From Fimbriimonadia bacterium (GTDB taxonomy: Bacteria > Armatimonadota > Fimbriimonadia > Fimbriimonadales > JABRVX01): a stretch of DNA of 64,000 nucleotides. Position numbers and translations under genes: made by a program. The stretch lies in contig JBGPGO010000006.1 in assembly GCA_041483895.1 (NCBI GenBank), positions 64,001 to 128,000 on the forward strand, read 5' to 3'. Each line of letters starts with the position of its first letter. Within the stretch, counting starts at the first letter, position 1. Positions 1 through 9,470 of the stretch are shown in pieces. The notes under the pieces were generated by a model, which was given only the letters and a program-made list of their open reading frames with translations, was not told the origin of the DNA and searched no databases.

Positions 1-141
1 CTCCAATTCCGTTATCAGCCGGTCCCGCTCCGCGAGGAGCATCGTGACCGCAGCCTGGTCTCCGCGGCCCAATTCCTGCTCCAACGACAGAGTCAGGATG
101 GTAAGACGCTCGAGCTGATCGTGGATGCTATGCCGCTTCAT
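1..141 (-). CDS. FliT-like flagellar protein, 3' end outside the window
   Basis: My translation from ATG at 141: MKRHSIHDQLERLTILTLSLEQELGRGDQAAVTMLLAERDRLITELE. It overlaps the fliS stop, has a helical LLxERxxLI pattern, and sits in the fliD-fliS-fliT position. Confidence 0.5.
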   Translation of the reverse strand, partial: MKRHSIHDQLERLTILTLSLEQELGRGDQAAVTMLLAERDRLITELE

Positions 142-538
142 GTACCGGCGCCTGTCGGCCGACTTGGGAGCTGATGGTCGCCCAGGAATCCCGCAATTCT
201 GCCAGGAGCTTGGCTACCTCATGAATGGGTTTCGGGTCATCGTTGATATTCGCATCCACCAGCTGGTTGTTCACGTACGAATATAGTGCGAGAAGGTTGA
301 CGGCGATCTCCCCACCGTGTTCCATGTTCAGTGACATCTGGAGCTCAGAGATGATCCGCTGTGCCCGAATGAGGTTGTCATGCTGCTTTTGCAGGTCCCG
401 CTGCTCCATCGCGAGGAGGGCGGCATCCAATGCGCGCAAGGCCCCGTCATAGAGCATCACGATGAGCTCCACCGGTGAAGCCGTGTTCACCGCGCTTTGG
501 CGGTAGACATCGAGCGGTTGACCATAGGCTTGCGGCAA
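128..538 (-). CDS. fliS: flagellar export chaperone FliS
   Basis: Y..SAVNTASPVELIVMLYDGA and GGEIAVNLLALYSY motifs; TTG start with GGAGG Shine-Dalgarno (SD). Confidence 0.95.
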   Translation of the reverse strand: MPQAYGQPLDVYRQSAVNTASPVELIVMLYDGALRALDAALLAMEQRDLQKQHDNLIRAQRIISELQMSLNMEHGGEIAVNLLALYSYVNNQLVDANINDDPKPIHEVAKLLAELRDSWATISSQVGRQAPVHEAA

Positions 539-570
539 ATTCTAACCTCCAACAAAGGCCGTCAAGGGTA

Positions 571-598
571 CTTTCGGGTTCTCCGGGCTTTCGGCTTA
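571..598 (-). promoter_or_regulatory. possible sigma-28 (FliA) promoter for fliS
   Basis: Minus strand TAAG-N16-CCCGAAAG, a loose match to TAAA-N15/16-GCCGATAA. Confidence 0.3.
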
Positions 599-622
599 GT
601 CCGGTAAACTATCCAGGCGAAC

Positions 623-2875
623 CTAGCCGGTCACCCCGGAGAATAGTGCAGATATGCGCGCCTGCTGATTCCGTAATTGCGAAACCACGGTCTCCATCGT
701 GCTGAACTGTTGGCGCAGGGCAGACTCTCGTTGCGTCAGGCTGTCCTGGATTCTCTTCATGTCGTCCGTCAACTGATCGATCTGGGTCTGAAGCTGCTTG
801 TCCTGGTCGGTCAGGGATCCCGTTGTCGGGTCCGTCAACGAGTTGATGACATCCTTAATGGAGGCGCCGAGGCCCTTCGTAAACGTGATATTGCCATAGG
901 TCCCGGCGGACGTTGCGGTGATCAGAAGCGCCAACCCGGCGACGTTCGGGCTTGAATCGTCTCCGGTCAGGACCTGGCCGTCACCGGTCGCAGACGCGCC
1001 GTTTATCGTTCCCGCGACGTTCAGGCCCGTCGCAGTGACCACCGTGGCGCCAATCCCGGAGTTGTCCGCTCCAGCAGCCTTATCGGAGACAACGGTAAAG
1101 CTCTTCTTCGATCCGTAGGCGCTCGCTGTCAGCACAAGCTTTCCATCCGCGTCCTTGGATGCTGTCAACAGCCTGCCGATCGTTGGATGGGAGTTGATTG
1201 CCGTGATCGTATCGTCGACGGAATTGCCCGCGCCGAGCTGAATTGTCGCGGCGGTGTTTCCAAACAGCGCGCCGTTGAACGTTAGCGTCTCCGTGTCCGA
1301 ACTGGGACCGGTCTGCGCGACTCCCGAGGTGGCTGTCGCCTTGGTCGCAGCCTGGGTGACAACAACTGGGAATCCGCTGGACGTCGAGGTCTTGGTCTTG
1401 GACGAGGACGACAGAAACTGCACGTTGGGATCGGTGGGCGTTCCGACGGCCATGAACAGACTCTTGACCTGATCCAACTTCGAGTTGATCGCGTCCGACA
1501 GTTTGCCGTCGTCAACGGACAGTTTCCCGTCCTGACCCAGAGACACACCGGCCACAGCGAGTGAATTCAGCTTTCCTTCAAGACCTTTGACCACGCCCGT
1601 AATACTGGCAGTGATCACATCCATATTGGTAGTGACGGTGTAATCACCCAGCAGAGGCCCGGCGGCAAACGTGTCCTTGTCGAACGTTGAATTGGACGAC
1701 ACGAAGTCGCGAATGCTGTTGTAGGCATCGACGAAGTTCTTGATGCCGGTCTTGATTGCATCCGCATCGCGTGATATGCTCAAATTGGCCGAAGATGCCT
1801 CTTTTAGCAGCGTGATCGTCGCACCGGATATTACCGACGTGATGGTGTTGGACGCGCTCGTCAGCGAGACGCCGTCCAACTTGTACGTGGCGTCCTGGGC
1901 GGCGAGCAGTTCCGTTCCTGAGGCCGCCTCCAGAACGCCAATGTTTTCCAAAACATGATTGTTGTCGACAAATGTCGGTGTCGAAGAGCCGATCACTTTC
2001 AGCCGGTAGCTGTTCACCCCGTCGGTGGTAACGGTCTCGACGGTGGCGGTAACGCTTGGAATTGCGGCTTCGTTGATCTTCTGGGCGATCGAGGTAAGAC
2101 TGTCGGTTGCCAGGTCCAAAGAGACCGCAGTACCATTGATTTGGATCGTTCCCGTAGCGGCGCCTGTTATCTGCAATAGCGGGCCAACCGCCGACGTCGG
2201 GTCGGAGAACTCTCTTCCATAAGCGCCGTTCGTCGTGAACTCGCGAATGGCGGTGGTTCCCGTCAAAACACCCAGATCGTTGAGCAGCGTACTGGTTCCG
2301 ACGTTGGAAATCTGAAGCTTGGAAGCAGCGCCGGTTTCCGACGACGTGAGCGTCAGGTATGCCTTTCCCGGACCGCCGTTGACAATGCTGGCGACGGCAT
2401 GCGCGTCCGCGGAGTTGATGCGGCTTGCGATTTGAGATAGGGAATCGGCGGCCGTGACCTGGACCAGCTTGCCGTTTACAAGAAAGCTGCCGGACAGCCC
2501 CAATGCCGTCGTCGAATCGGTTTGGCCGGTGGAGCTGATTTTTTGGGCCTGCGCAAGCTTTGTGATATCGAGGGTGTAGACCCCGGGCTGAGCGTCCGAC
2601 CCGGTAGAAATCGTGGCAATCGTGCTGTCGCTGGTGGTGGACTTCACCAGATTGAAAGCGGCGGCCTTGTTGATCGCATCGCCCGCGGCCTGCAGCGTGG
2701 TCAGTTTGGCGCCGAACTGCTGGTACAGGCTAAGCTGGTTTTGCAGTTGCGCTTGACGGGACTGCAGCCTGGTTAATGGCCGTGCCTCCAGGCTGATCAA
2801 CTGCTTGATGATCGACTCGGTGTCGATCCCGGACCCCAAACCACTGAAATTAATACCGGTAGTGCTTAGACTCAT
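623..2875 (-). CDS. fliD: flagellar filament cap protein FliD (750 aa)
   Basis: N-terminal SGLGSGIDTESII, VDAYN and C-terminal QFSTME motifs; start placed at ATG 2875 behind AAGGAGG. Confidence 0.95.
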   Translation of the reverse strand: MSLSTTGINFSGLGSGIDTESIIKQLISLEARPLTRLQSRQAQLQNQLSLYQQFGAKLTTLQAAGDAINKAAAFNLVKSTTSDSTIATISTGSDAQPGVYTLDITKLAQAQKISSTGQTDSTTALGLSGSFLVNGKLVQVTAADSLSQIASRINSADAHAVASIVNGGPGKAYLTLTSSETGAASKLQISNVGTSTLLNDLGVLTGTTAIREFTTNGAYGREFSDPTSAVGPLLQITGAATGTIQINGTAVSLDLATDSLTSIAQKINEAAIPSVTATVETVTTDGVNSYRLKVIGSSTPTFVDNNHVLENIGVLEAASGTELLAAQDATYKLDGVSLTSASNTITSVISGATITLLKEASSANLSISRDADAIKTGIKNFVDAYNSIRDFVSSNSTFDKDTFAAGPLLGDYTVTTNMDVITASITGVVKGLEGKLNSLAVAGVSLGQDGKLSVDDGKLSDAINSKLDQVKSLFMAVGTPTDPNVQFLSSSSKTKTSTSSGFPVVVTQAATKATATSGVAQTGPSSDTETLTFNGALFGNTAATIQLGAGNSVDDTITAINSHPTIGRLLTASKDADGKLVLTASAYGSKKSFTVVSDKAAGADNSGIGATVVTATGLNVAGTINGASATGDGQVLTGDDSSPNVAGLALLITATSAGTYGNITFTKGLGASIKDVINSLTDPTTGSLTDQDKQLQTQIDQLTDDMKRIQDSLTQRESALRQQFSTMETVVSQLRNQQARISALFSGVTG

Positions 2876-3014
2876 CGCTGGACCTCCTTGTCCGCAATCT
2901 CGAAGGGTCTTATGCCAGGAAGGTATCGGGCGCTCATATGTACATGTTCGGGATATGAGGCAATGTCGAAAAGGCCGCCAGCCGGTACACTTTCGGGGAG
3001 CGGGGGAAAGAATT

Positions 3015-3100
3015 TGGTGCCGAAGGTGGGAGTCGAACCCACACGAGGTTGCCCTCAACGGTTTTTGAGACCGCCGCGTCTACCATTCCGCCACTTCGGC
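3015..3100 (-). tRNA. tRNA-Leu(CAA)
   Basis: Reverse complement GCCGAAGTGGCGGAATGGTAGACGCGGCGGTCT-CAA-AAACCG...GGTTCGACTCCCACCTTCGGCACCA; long variable arm and encoded CCA. Confidence 0.97.
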
Positions 3101-3111
3101 GAGTTGGAAAA

Positions 3112-3134
3112 GTAACGCCGGCTTCCAGCCGGCA
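3112..3134. repeat. short REP-like palindrome GTAACGCCGGC-N5-GCCGGCA
   Basis: Related copies at 51985-52007, 52108-52130 and 52138-52163. Confidence 0.7.
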
Positions 3135-3156
3135 ATTGAGGAAGTGTAGAACAGCC

Positions 3157-5715
3157 GTGGCCGAGAAGTCAACGAAGAAGACCTACATCATTATCGACGG
3201 GTACAGCTTGGTGTTCCGCGCCTATTTTGGGACCCAATTCCTCTCCACCAGTGACGGGCGTCCGACGAACGCCATCTTCGGCTTCACCAACATGCTGCTA
3301 TCTTTGCTTGATAACGAACAGCCATATGGGATCGTCGTTGCCTTCGATGCTCCCGGCAAGACCTTCCGCCATGCCGATTTCCCCGAGTACAAGGCTCACC
3401 GGAAGGAGACCGATACCGCCCTCATCCAGCAGATTCCCCTCGTCCACGATCTTGTGGAGGCGCTCGGCGTCGATCGAGAGGAACTGGCCGGGTTCGAAGC
3501 CGACGACCTTGTCGGGACCATCGCGAAACGGGTGGAGAAGGCGGGGATGCACGCGCTGATCGTCACCGGCGACAACGATCAGCTTCAGCTCGTAACCCAG
3601 GATACGACCGTACGGTACACGGTCCGAGGCATAACCGATGTCGTGGACTACACGCCGGAAAAGGTGTTCGAAAAGTTTGGATTTGGCCCGGAAATGGTTC
3701 CCGATTACAAAGCCCTCCGCGGCGATCCGTCAGACAACATCCCGGGCATCGCGGGGATTGGCGAGAAGACGGCCACCGCGCTGCTCCAAGAGTTCGGACA
3801 CGTTGAGAATTTGGTGGAGCATCTGGATAAGGTGAATCCCAAGATTCGGGCGAAGCTGGAGGCCGATCTCGACCTGATCACAACGGGCAAGAAGCTGACC
3901 ACCATCGTTTGCGACGCCCCCCTTTCTTATGACCTCAAGCCGTACCGAGTGGACCTGGAGGGAATGGAACGAGCGAGAAGCTTCCTGCAATCGCTCGAAT
4001 TTCGGACGCTCCAGAACCGCATTGACAAAATTTTGCCCAAGTTCTCGGACGGACTCTTTACAGAGGCTGTCGCTGTAGCCGAACAGCCGACGGTGGAGGC
4101 AACGGATGCGCAAACCGCGGATGAAGTCCGGTCGGCATTTTCCAAGAAGGCCATCGTGGCGATCTCGTGCGATGCCGAAGGGGTCTGCCTGGCAGCCGGG
4201 GAGCTGGTCTGGCGCGTCCCCGTTGCGTTGGCGGGGAGCCTCCAGTGGCTTTCTGAGAAGCGGTGCATCGTCCACGATGGACGGAACACGATAAAGGCGC
4301 TGCGAGCCCACAATCTGCCCGACGTTCCCCTCGTTTTCGATAGCCAGCTCGCCGCCTTCGTGCTGTCGCCGGGGAGAGGACATTATGATCTTCGGGCTGC
4401 ATGCCGGGAGCATCTGGAACGGGAACCGGGGGCCGACGCCGCCTCTATGGCCGCCTGTCTTTTTGCCTTGTACCAGCCGATGACCGACCGCATGAAGGCG
4501 GAAGGGACGCTGCACGCCTTTGCCGAAGTCGACCTGCCGCTGCTGCCGATCCTGATGAAGATGGAGGACCGGGGCATCCTTTTGGACACCGGATATCTCC
4601 ATGACTTCAGCGTGACCTTGAAGCGCGACATCGAGACCCTCGCCGGCGAGATACACGAACTGGCCGGGGAAACCTTCACAATCGGCTCTCCTAAGCAGCT
4701 TGGGTACATCCTGTTCGAAAAACTGGGCCTCACGGCGGGAAAGAAGACAAAGACCGGATACTCCACGGACGTGGACGTGCTGACCGCCCTCGCCGCCGAG
4801 AATGAGATCGCGGCGAAGGTGCTCAGTTGGCGGGAATTGACGAAACTAAAGTCCACGTACGCCGACAGCCTACCGACGATGGTGGGCGCCGACGGCCGGG
4901 TCCACACAACCTACAACCTGACGGGCGCCGCCACGGGCCGCCTTTCCAGCACAGACCCCAATCTCCAGAACATTCCCACGAGGACCGAGCTGGGCCGCGA
5001 GATCCGACGCGCCTTCATCGCGCCGGAAGGTCGAATCCTATTATCCCTCGACTACTCGCAAATCGAGCTTCGACTCTTGGCTCACATGTGCGAGGACCCG
5101 CGGCTTTTGGAGGCGTTTGACAAGGGGGAGGACATCCATCGCGCGACCGCCGAAAGCCTGTTTGGAACACCGGGTCCGAATGTCACTTCGGATCAACGCC
5201 GCATCGCAAAAATGGTGAATTATGCGGTGCTCTATGGCATGAGTGACTTTGGGTTGGCACAATCGCTGGGGATGGGCGTTGGCGAGGCCAAGGCAATCAT
5301 TGAGGCCTATTTTGCCAAATTCCCCCGCGTCAAGGATTTCACGACATCGATCATCGAGGAGGCCAGGACGAAAGGATTTACGACCACTTTGATTGGCCGA
5401 AGGCGATATTTCCCCGACATTCACACCGCGAATCGCCAAATGCGGATGGCGGCGGAGCGCGCGGCCATCAACGCCCCGATGCAGGGGACGGCCGCGGATG
5501 TCATCAAAATCGCCATGATCAATCTCAATCAATCCGGTCTGCTCAACGGGACGCAGATGCTGCTGCAGGTGCATGATGAGCTGGTGTTCGAGTGCGACAA
5601 AGGGAAAGCCGGCGTGGCCAAAGATATCGCCTCGATCATGTCGAAGGCGATGGAGCTTCGCGTGCCGCTCGATGTCGATACCAAATCGGGCACGAACTGG
5701 AGAGACATGAGTTGA
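3157..5715 (+). CDS. polA: DNA polymerase I
   Basis: IDGYSLVFRAYF 5'-exonuclease start, TGRLSSTDPNLQNIP, DYSQIELR and QVHDEL motifs; GTG start inferred. Confidence 0.97.
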   Translation: MAEKSTKKTYIIIDGYSLVFRAYFGTQFLSTSDGRPTNAIFGFTNMLLSLLDNEQPYGIVVAFDAPGKTFRHADFPEYKAHRKETDTALIQQIPLVHDLVEALGVDREELAGFEADDLVGTIAKRVEKAGMHALIVTGDNDQLQLVTQDTTVRYTVRGITDVVDYTPEKVFEKFGFGPEMVPDYKALRGDPSDNIPGIAGIGEKTATALLQEFGHVENLVEHLDKVNPKIRAKLEADLDLITTGKKLTTIVCDAPLSYDLKPYRVDLEGMERARSFLQSLEFRTLQNRIDKILPKFSDGLFTEAVAVAEQPTVEATDAQTADEVRSAFSKKAIVAISCDAEGVCLAAGELVWRVPVALAGSLQWLSEKRCIVHDGRNTIKALRAHNLPDVPLVFDSQLAAFVLSPGRGHYDLRAACREHLEREPGADAASMAACLFALYQPMTDRMKAEGTLHAFAEVDLPLLPILMKMEDRGILLDTGYLHDFSVTLKRDIETLAGEIHELAGETFTIGSPKQLGYILFEKLGLTAGKKTKTGYSTDVDVLTALAAENEIAAKVLSWRELTKLKSTYADSLPTMVGADGRVHTTYNLTGAATGRLSSTDPNLQNIPTRTELGREIRRAFIAPEGRILLSLDYSQIELRLLAHMCEDPRLLEAFDKGEDIHRATAESLFGTPGPNVTSDQRRIAKMVNYAVLYGMSDFGLAQSLGMGVGEAKAIIEAYFAKFPRVKDFTTSIIEEARTKGFTTTLIGRRRYFPDIHTANRQMRMAAERAAINAPMQGTAADVIKIAMINLNQSGLLNGTQMLLQVHDELVFECDKGKAGVAKDIASIMSKAMELRVPLDVDTKSGTNWRDMS

Positions 5716-6575
5716 GGGACCTATACATACGGCAGCTCATCGAGCGCGCGGTACGGGAAGATGTGGGGCCTGGGGATGCGACGACCGAGGCCATCGTTCC
5801 GCCGCTGATGGAGGGCACGGCAGTGCTTTCCGCGCAGGGTACCGGCATCCTCAGCGGCCTTTCGGTGCAAGACCCGCTGATGTCCACGTTGGTGGAGCTG
5901 ATCGGGGAGTCCTGCGCGGTGAATGTTGAGGATGTGAAGAAGGATGGGAACCCCGTTTTTGCCGGGGAGGAGATTATCGGTTTCGAGGGAAGCCTCCGCG
6001 TGATCTTGGCGGCCGAGCGAACGTTCCTTAATTTCCTCCAGCATCTGTCGGGAATCGCAACGGAAACCAGCCGGTACGTCGCGGCGGTTCGGGGCACCGA
6101 CGTCAAGATTATGGACACCCGCAAGACCACACCCGGAATGCGAATTCTGGAAAAAGACGCGGTGGTGCATGGCGGCGGCTTCAACCATCGGACCGGACTG
6201 TATGACGGGGTGATGATCAAGGACAATCACATCCGGTCGGCCGGTGGCATCGTGGCGGCGATCAAAGCGGCCAAAGAGAAGGCGCCGCGCACCCTGCGCA
6301 TCGAAGTGGAGTGCGCTACGTTGGAAGATGTGAAAGAGTCCCTCGGCGCCGGGGCGGACATGATCCAGCTGGATAATATGACGCTCGACGTGATGCGGGA
6401 AGCGGTATCGATCGCCAAGGGCAAAGCGATTTTGGAAGCGACGGGAGGCATCACGCTGCAGACCGTCCGGGAAGTCGCTGAAACCGGCGTCGATATGATC
6501 TCCGTCGGGGCGATTACCCACTCGGCCCCGATTCTTCCGATGCACATGGACGTACAGGGCGTAGCCGAGAGTTAA
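5712..6575 (+). CDS. nadC: nicotinate-nucleotide diphosphorylase (quinolinate phosphoribosyltransferase)
   Basis: DTRKTTPG, NHRTGLYDGVMIKDNH, IEVE and LDN motifs; TTG start overlapping the polA stop. Confidence 0.95.
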   Translation: MRDLYIRQLIERAVREDVGPGDATTEAIVPPLMEGTAVLSAQGTGILSGLSVQDPLMSTLVELIGESCAVNVEDVKKDGNPVFAGEEIIGFEGSLRVILAAERTFLNFLQHLSGIATETSRYVAAVRGTDVKIMDTRKTTPGMRILEKDAVVHGGGFNHRTGLYDGVMIKDNHIRSAGGIVAAIKAAKEKAPRTLRIEVECATLEDVKESLGAGADMIQLDNMTLDVMREAVSIAKGKAILEATGGITLQTVREVAETGVDMISVGAITHSAPILPMHMDVQGVAES

Positions 6576-6592
6576 TCCGGTACGCTATCGGC

Positions 6593-8035
6593 GTGCCGTA
6601 CGATGATTTTCAGCAATACCTGGCCCGGCTCGACAAGGAAGGCGAGCTGCGCCGAATCTCCTATCCGCTCGACCCCTACCTAGAAATCACCGAGGTCGCG
6701 GATCGTCTGGTCAAGTCCGGAGGTCCCGCCATCGTTGTGGAAAAGCCGAAGGGTTTCGACATCCCGGTAGCCATCAATACGATGGCCACGCGCAAACGGA
6801 TGTCGCTGGCGCTTGGCGTGGACGACTATGAGGTGTTTGCCGAAGAGATTCGGGAGCTACTGAAGCCGGAGTTGCCGGAAGGGATTCTCGATAAGCTGAA
6901 GGCGCTGCCGAAATTCGCCCACGCGTTTCATCCGCCCAAGACAGTTGGCCGCGGGATCTGCCAGGAGGTCGTGATGGAAGGCGGCCAGGTGGACCTCGGA
7001 AAGTTCCCCATCATGACGTGCTGGCCGCAAGACGGCGGGCCGTACATCACGCTGCCATTGGTATTCACCCACGACCTAACGACCGGAAAGCGCAACGTGG
7101 GCATGTACCGCCTGCAGGTGTTCGATCGGAACACACTGGGAATGCATTGGCAGATTCATAAAGTCGGAGCGGAGCATCATCGTCGCGCGGAAGAGGGGGG
7201 GAGGCCGATCGAGGTTGCCGTCGCGCTTGGCGGGGATCCGGCCTGCATTTTTTCCGCCATCGCCCCTCTGCCGCCTTCGATTGACGAGATGCTGTTTGCG
7301 GGGTTCTTGCGCAAGAAATCGGTGGAGATGGTGAAATGCAAGACGATCGATGTGCAGGTCCCGGCGGGATCGGAGATCGTTCTGGAGGGTGTGGTGAACC
7401 CAAATGAGCGCCGAACGGAAGGGCCGTTTGGCGACCACACGGGATATTACAGCCTGGAAGATGATTATCCGGTGCTGCACGTAAAGTGCATCACGCATCG
7501 GCAGAATCCGGTGTATCCCTCGACCATTGTCGGCATCCCGCCGATGGAGGACGGGGCGATGGGGACGGCGGTCGAGCGTATATTCCTGCCGCTGGTGCAG
7601 CTGACGCTGCCGGAGATCGTCGATATGCATTTGCCGGTCATGGGCTGCTTCCACAATTTCGCCTTTGTCTCGATTCGCAAACGATATCCGGGGCATGCGT
7701 TCAAGGTGATGCATGGACTCTGGGGATTGGGGCAGCTGATGTTCAGCAAGTTCATTTTCGTTTTTGAACACGATGTGAACGTGCATGATTTGAACGAGGT
7801 GATCTGGCGCATCGGGGCGAACTGCGATCCGGGCCGGGATGTTACGATTGTCAAAGGGCCTGTGGACGTGCTGGACAACACGGCGCAGATCATGGGCCTC
7901 GGGGGCAAGATCGGCTTCGACTGCACGCACAAGTGGGCGACGGAGGGTTTCACGCGCCGCTGGCCGGATGTGATCCGGATGGACGACGCGGTTACGAAGC
8001 GAATCGACGATGTCTGGTCGAGTCTTGGAATCTGA
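6593..8035 (+). CDS. ubiD: UbiD-family decarboxylase (menaquinone biosynthesis type)
   Basis: NVGMYRLQ, EGPFGDHTGYY and GIPPMED motifs. Confidence 0.92.
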   Translation: MPYDDFQQYLARLDKEGELRRISYPLDPYLEITEVADRLVKSGGPAIVVEKPKGFDIPVAINTMATRKRMSLALGVDDYEVFAEEIRELLKPELPEGILDKLKALPKFAHAFHPPKTVGRGICQEVVMEGGQVDLGKFPIMTCWPQDGGPYITLPLVFTHDLTTGKRNVGMYRLQVFDRNTLGMHWQIHKVGAEHHRRAEEGGRPIEVAVALGGDPACIFSAIAPLPPSIDEMLFAGFLRKKSVEMVKCKTIDVQVPAGSEIVLEGVVNPNERRTEGPFGDHTGYYSLEDDYPVLHVKCITHRQNPVYPSTIVGIPPMEDGAMGTAVERIFLPLVQLTLPEIVDMHLPVMGCFHNFAFVSIRKRYPGHAFKVMHGLWGLGQLMFSKFIFVFEHDVNVHDLNEVIWRIGANCDPGRDVTIVKGPVDVLDNTAQIMGLGGKIGFDCTHKWATEGFTRRWPDVIRMDDAVTKRIDDVWSSLGI

Positions 8036-8064
8036 GTCGGTCATTCCGAGCAAGAGTCCGGACT

Positions 8065-8156
8065 TGTCATTCCGAGCCTGTCGAGGAATCTCTTTCAGAA
8101 GCCTCCAACTACTGACAACCTCCTGAAAGAGATTCCTCGACAGGCTCGGAATGACA
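8065..8156. repeat. long inverted repeat of the TGTCATTCCG...CGGAATGACA family
   Basis: ~34-bp arms; related copies at 13540-13633, 42093-42188 and 53771-53884. Confidence 0.9.
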
Positions 8157-8183
8157 TTTTCATGCAAGACTTTCATTCAAACT

Positions 8184-8243
8184 TTTCATTGACGATCGCA
8201 TCGTCAAGGGTCGGGGAATTTGACGATGCGATCGTCAATGAAA
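8184..8243. repeat. inverted pair of TTGACGATGCGATCGTCAA palindromes
   Basis: Units at 8189-8207 and 8220-8238; partial copy at 8396-8408; full copy at 35755-35773. Confidence 0.8.
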
Positions 8244-8271
8244 GAGTGATGAGAAATCAGAAATTCCGGCC

Positions 8272-8296
8272 CCCTTCACAGTGCGACTGTGAAGGG
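8272..8296. repeat. palindrome CCCTTCACAGTGCGACTGTGAAGGG
   Basis: Identical copy at 45074-45098; inverted variant at 61755-61779. Confidence 0.85.
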
Positions 8297-8326
8297 ATAA
8301 GGTGCCGGCCAGGAGGAAAGGCCGAT

Positions 8327-8385
8327 GTGTTGGGGTTCTCGCCTTGCAATTCCCTTCCGATCGCTGACCCCAAAGACCCCAACAC
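8327..8385. repeat. ~60-nt hairpin of the RAYT-associated family
   Basis: GTGTTGGGGTTCTCG...CCAAAGACCCCAACAC, same architecture as the units flanking the RAYT. Confidence 0.8.
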
Positions 8386-8410
8386 TGCAGGCCCATTGAC
8401 GATGCGATAG

Positions 8411-8448
8411 CCCCCACCCCAGCCCTCCCCCGCAAGCGGGGGAGGGGG
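8411..8448. repeat. CCCCCACCCCAGCCCTCCCCC...GGGGGAGGGG hairpin element
   Basis: Related element at 52043-52099; lies at the 3' end of a convergent gene. Confidence 0.6.
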
Positions 8449-8449
8449 T

Positions 8450-9424
8450 TCAAGACAGAAGCAGCGCCGCTTCTTTTTCCGGCTTTAGGCCGGTTTTGAG
8501 GTCACGATCGAGTGACGGCCACCAGGCGAGGAGGTCGCGAGTGGTCTCCTCGATCGGCCGGCAAGTCAGGCCGGCGGCAACCGCCTTTGACGCATCCGCC
8601 GCCGCCATGCCGGCATACGACCCGTCGTAGGACGTGATGAGCGGGAAGTCCGAAAACGGCTCCAGCCCTTCGCGCTCCAGCACGGACGGAGCCGTCCACA
8701 CGATCTCCGCATCCGATCCCGCCGCGGATCGCATCCGCGACAATGCGTCCTCAAATCGAAGCCGCTCCGCCGGGCCGACGCCATTGAAAAGCCCAGAAGC
8801 ATTTCGTTCCGTTAGCCCAACGGTGAACGCGGCGAGATCGAGCCCATCGATAAACTGCACGGGATGGTCCTTCAGGTCCGGCGCCACCACGCGACCCCCG
8901 CGCCGCAATCGCACCGGCCAATAGGTAAACCGGTCCGATGGATCGCCTGGCCCGACCACTAAACCGGGCCTCACGACGAGTCCCCTATCTCCGAACGCAT
9001 CGAGAACAATATCTTCGCAGATGGCCTTCAATGCGCCATAGGTCTCCGCGTCAATCTCTTCCACAGTGGGATCGGCGATGGTCGCTACCGGATCGCCTTC
9101 GCGCAGCCCTTCCTTTGCGAAATCGCCGTACACGGAAATGGACGAAATGAAGCAGTACCGATCGGAGCAACGCTTGGCGGCCTCAATCGACAGTTTGACA
9201 ATTCGTGGGACGTATCCACAAACATCAATGACGCCGTCCCAATGCCGGCCGTTCAAGAGACCCAAGTCCTTCTCCCGATCGCCCACCATGGTTTCCAGAT
9301 TTGGGAAGAGGTCCGGGTTCGTTTGGCCACGGTTGAAGAGAGTGACGTTGTGCCCGGAGGCAACCGCCGACTCAACGATATGCCTGCCGACGAAGCGGGT
9401 GCCACCGAGTACGAGGAGATTCAT
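8450..9424 (-). CDS. NAD-dependent epimerase/dehydratase family protein
   Basis: LVLGGTRFVG Rossmann motif, YGALK catalytic YxxxK, RPGLVVGPGD. Confidence 0.9.
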   Translation of the reverse strand: MNLLVLGGTRFVGRHIVESAVASGHNVTLFNRGQTNPDLFPNLETMVGDREKDLGLLNGRHWDGVIDVCGYVPRIVKLSIEAAKRCSDRYCFISSISVYGDFAKEGLREGDPVATIADPTVEEIDAETYGALKAICEDIVLDAFGDRGLVVRPGLVVGPGDPSDRFTYWPVRLRRGGRVVAPDLKDHPVQFIDGLDLAAFTVGLTERNASGLFNGVGPAERLRFEDALSRMRSAAGSDAEIVWTAPSVLEREGLEPFSDFPLITSYDGSYAGMAAADASKAVAAGLTCRPIEETTRDLLAWWPSLDRDLKTGLKPEKEAALLLS

Positions 9425-9470
9425 GCCCCATCTTAGCCCGGTGGGCAGATGGCGCGGCGAAAGTCAGACC

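Noticed and set aside
2876..3156. N-terminal extensions of fliD and polA in the ORF track
   Set aside because: They run through tRNA-Leu(CAA); better starts exist at 2875 and 3157.
4100..4500. degenerate 3'-5' exonuclease domain of PolA as a novelty
   Set aside because: Loss of proofreading motifs is common among bacterial Pol I enzymes.
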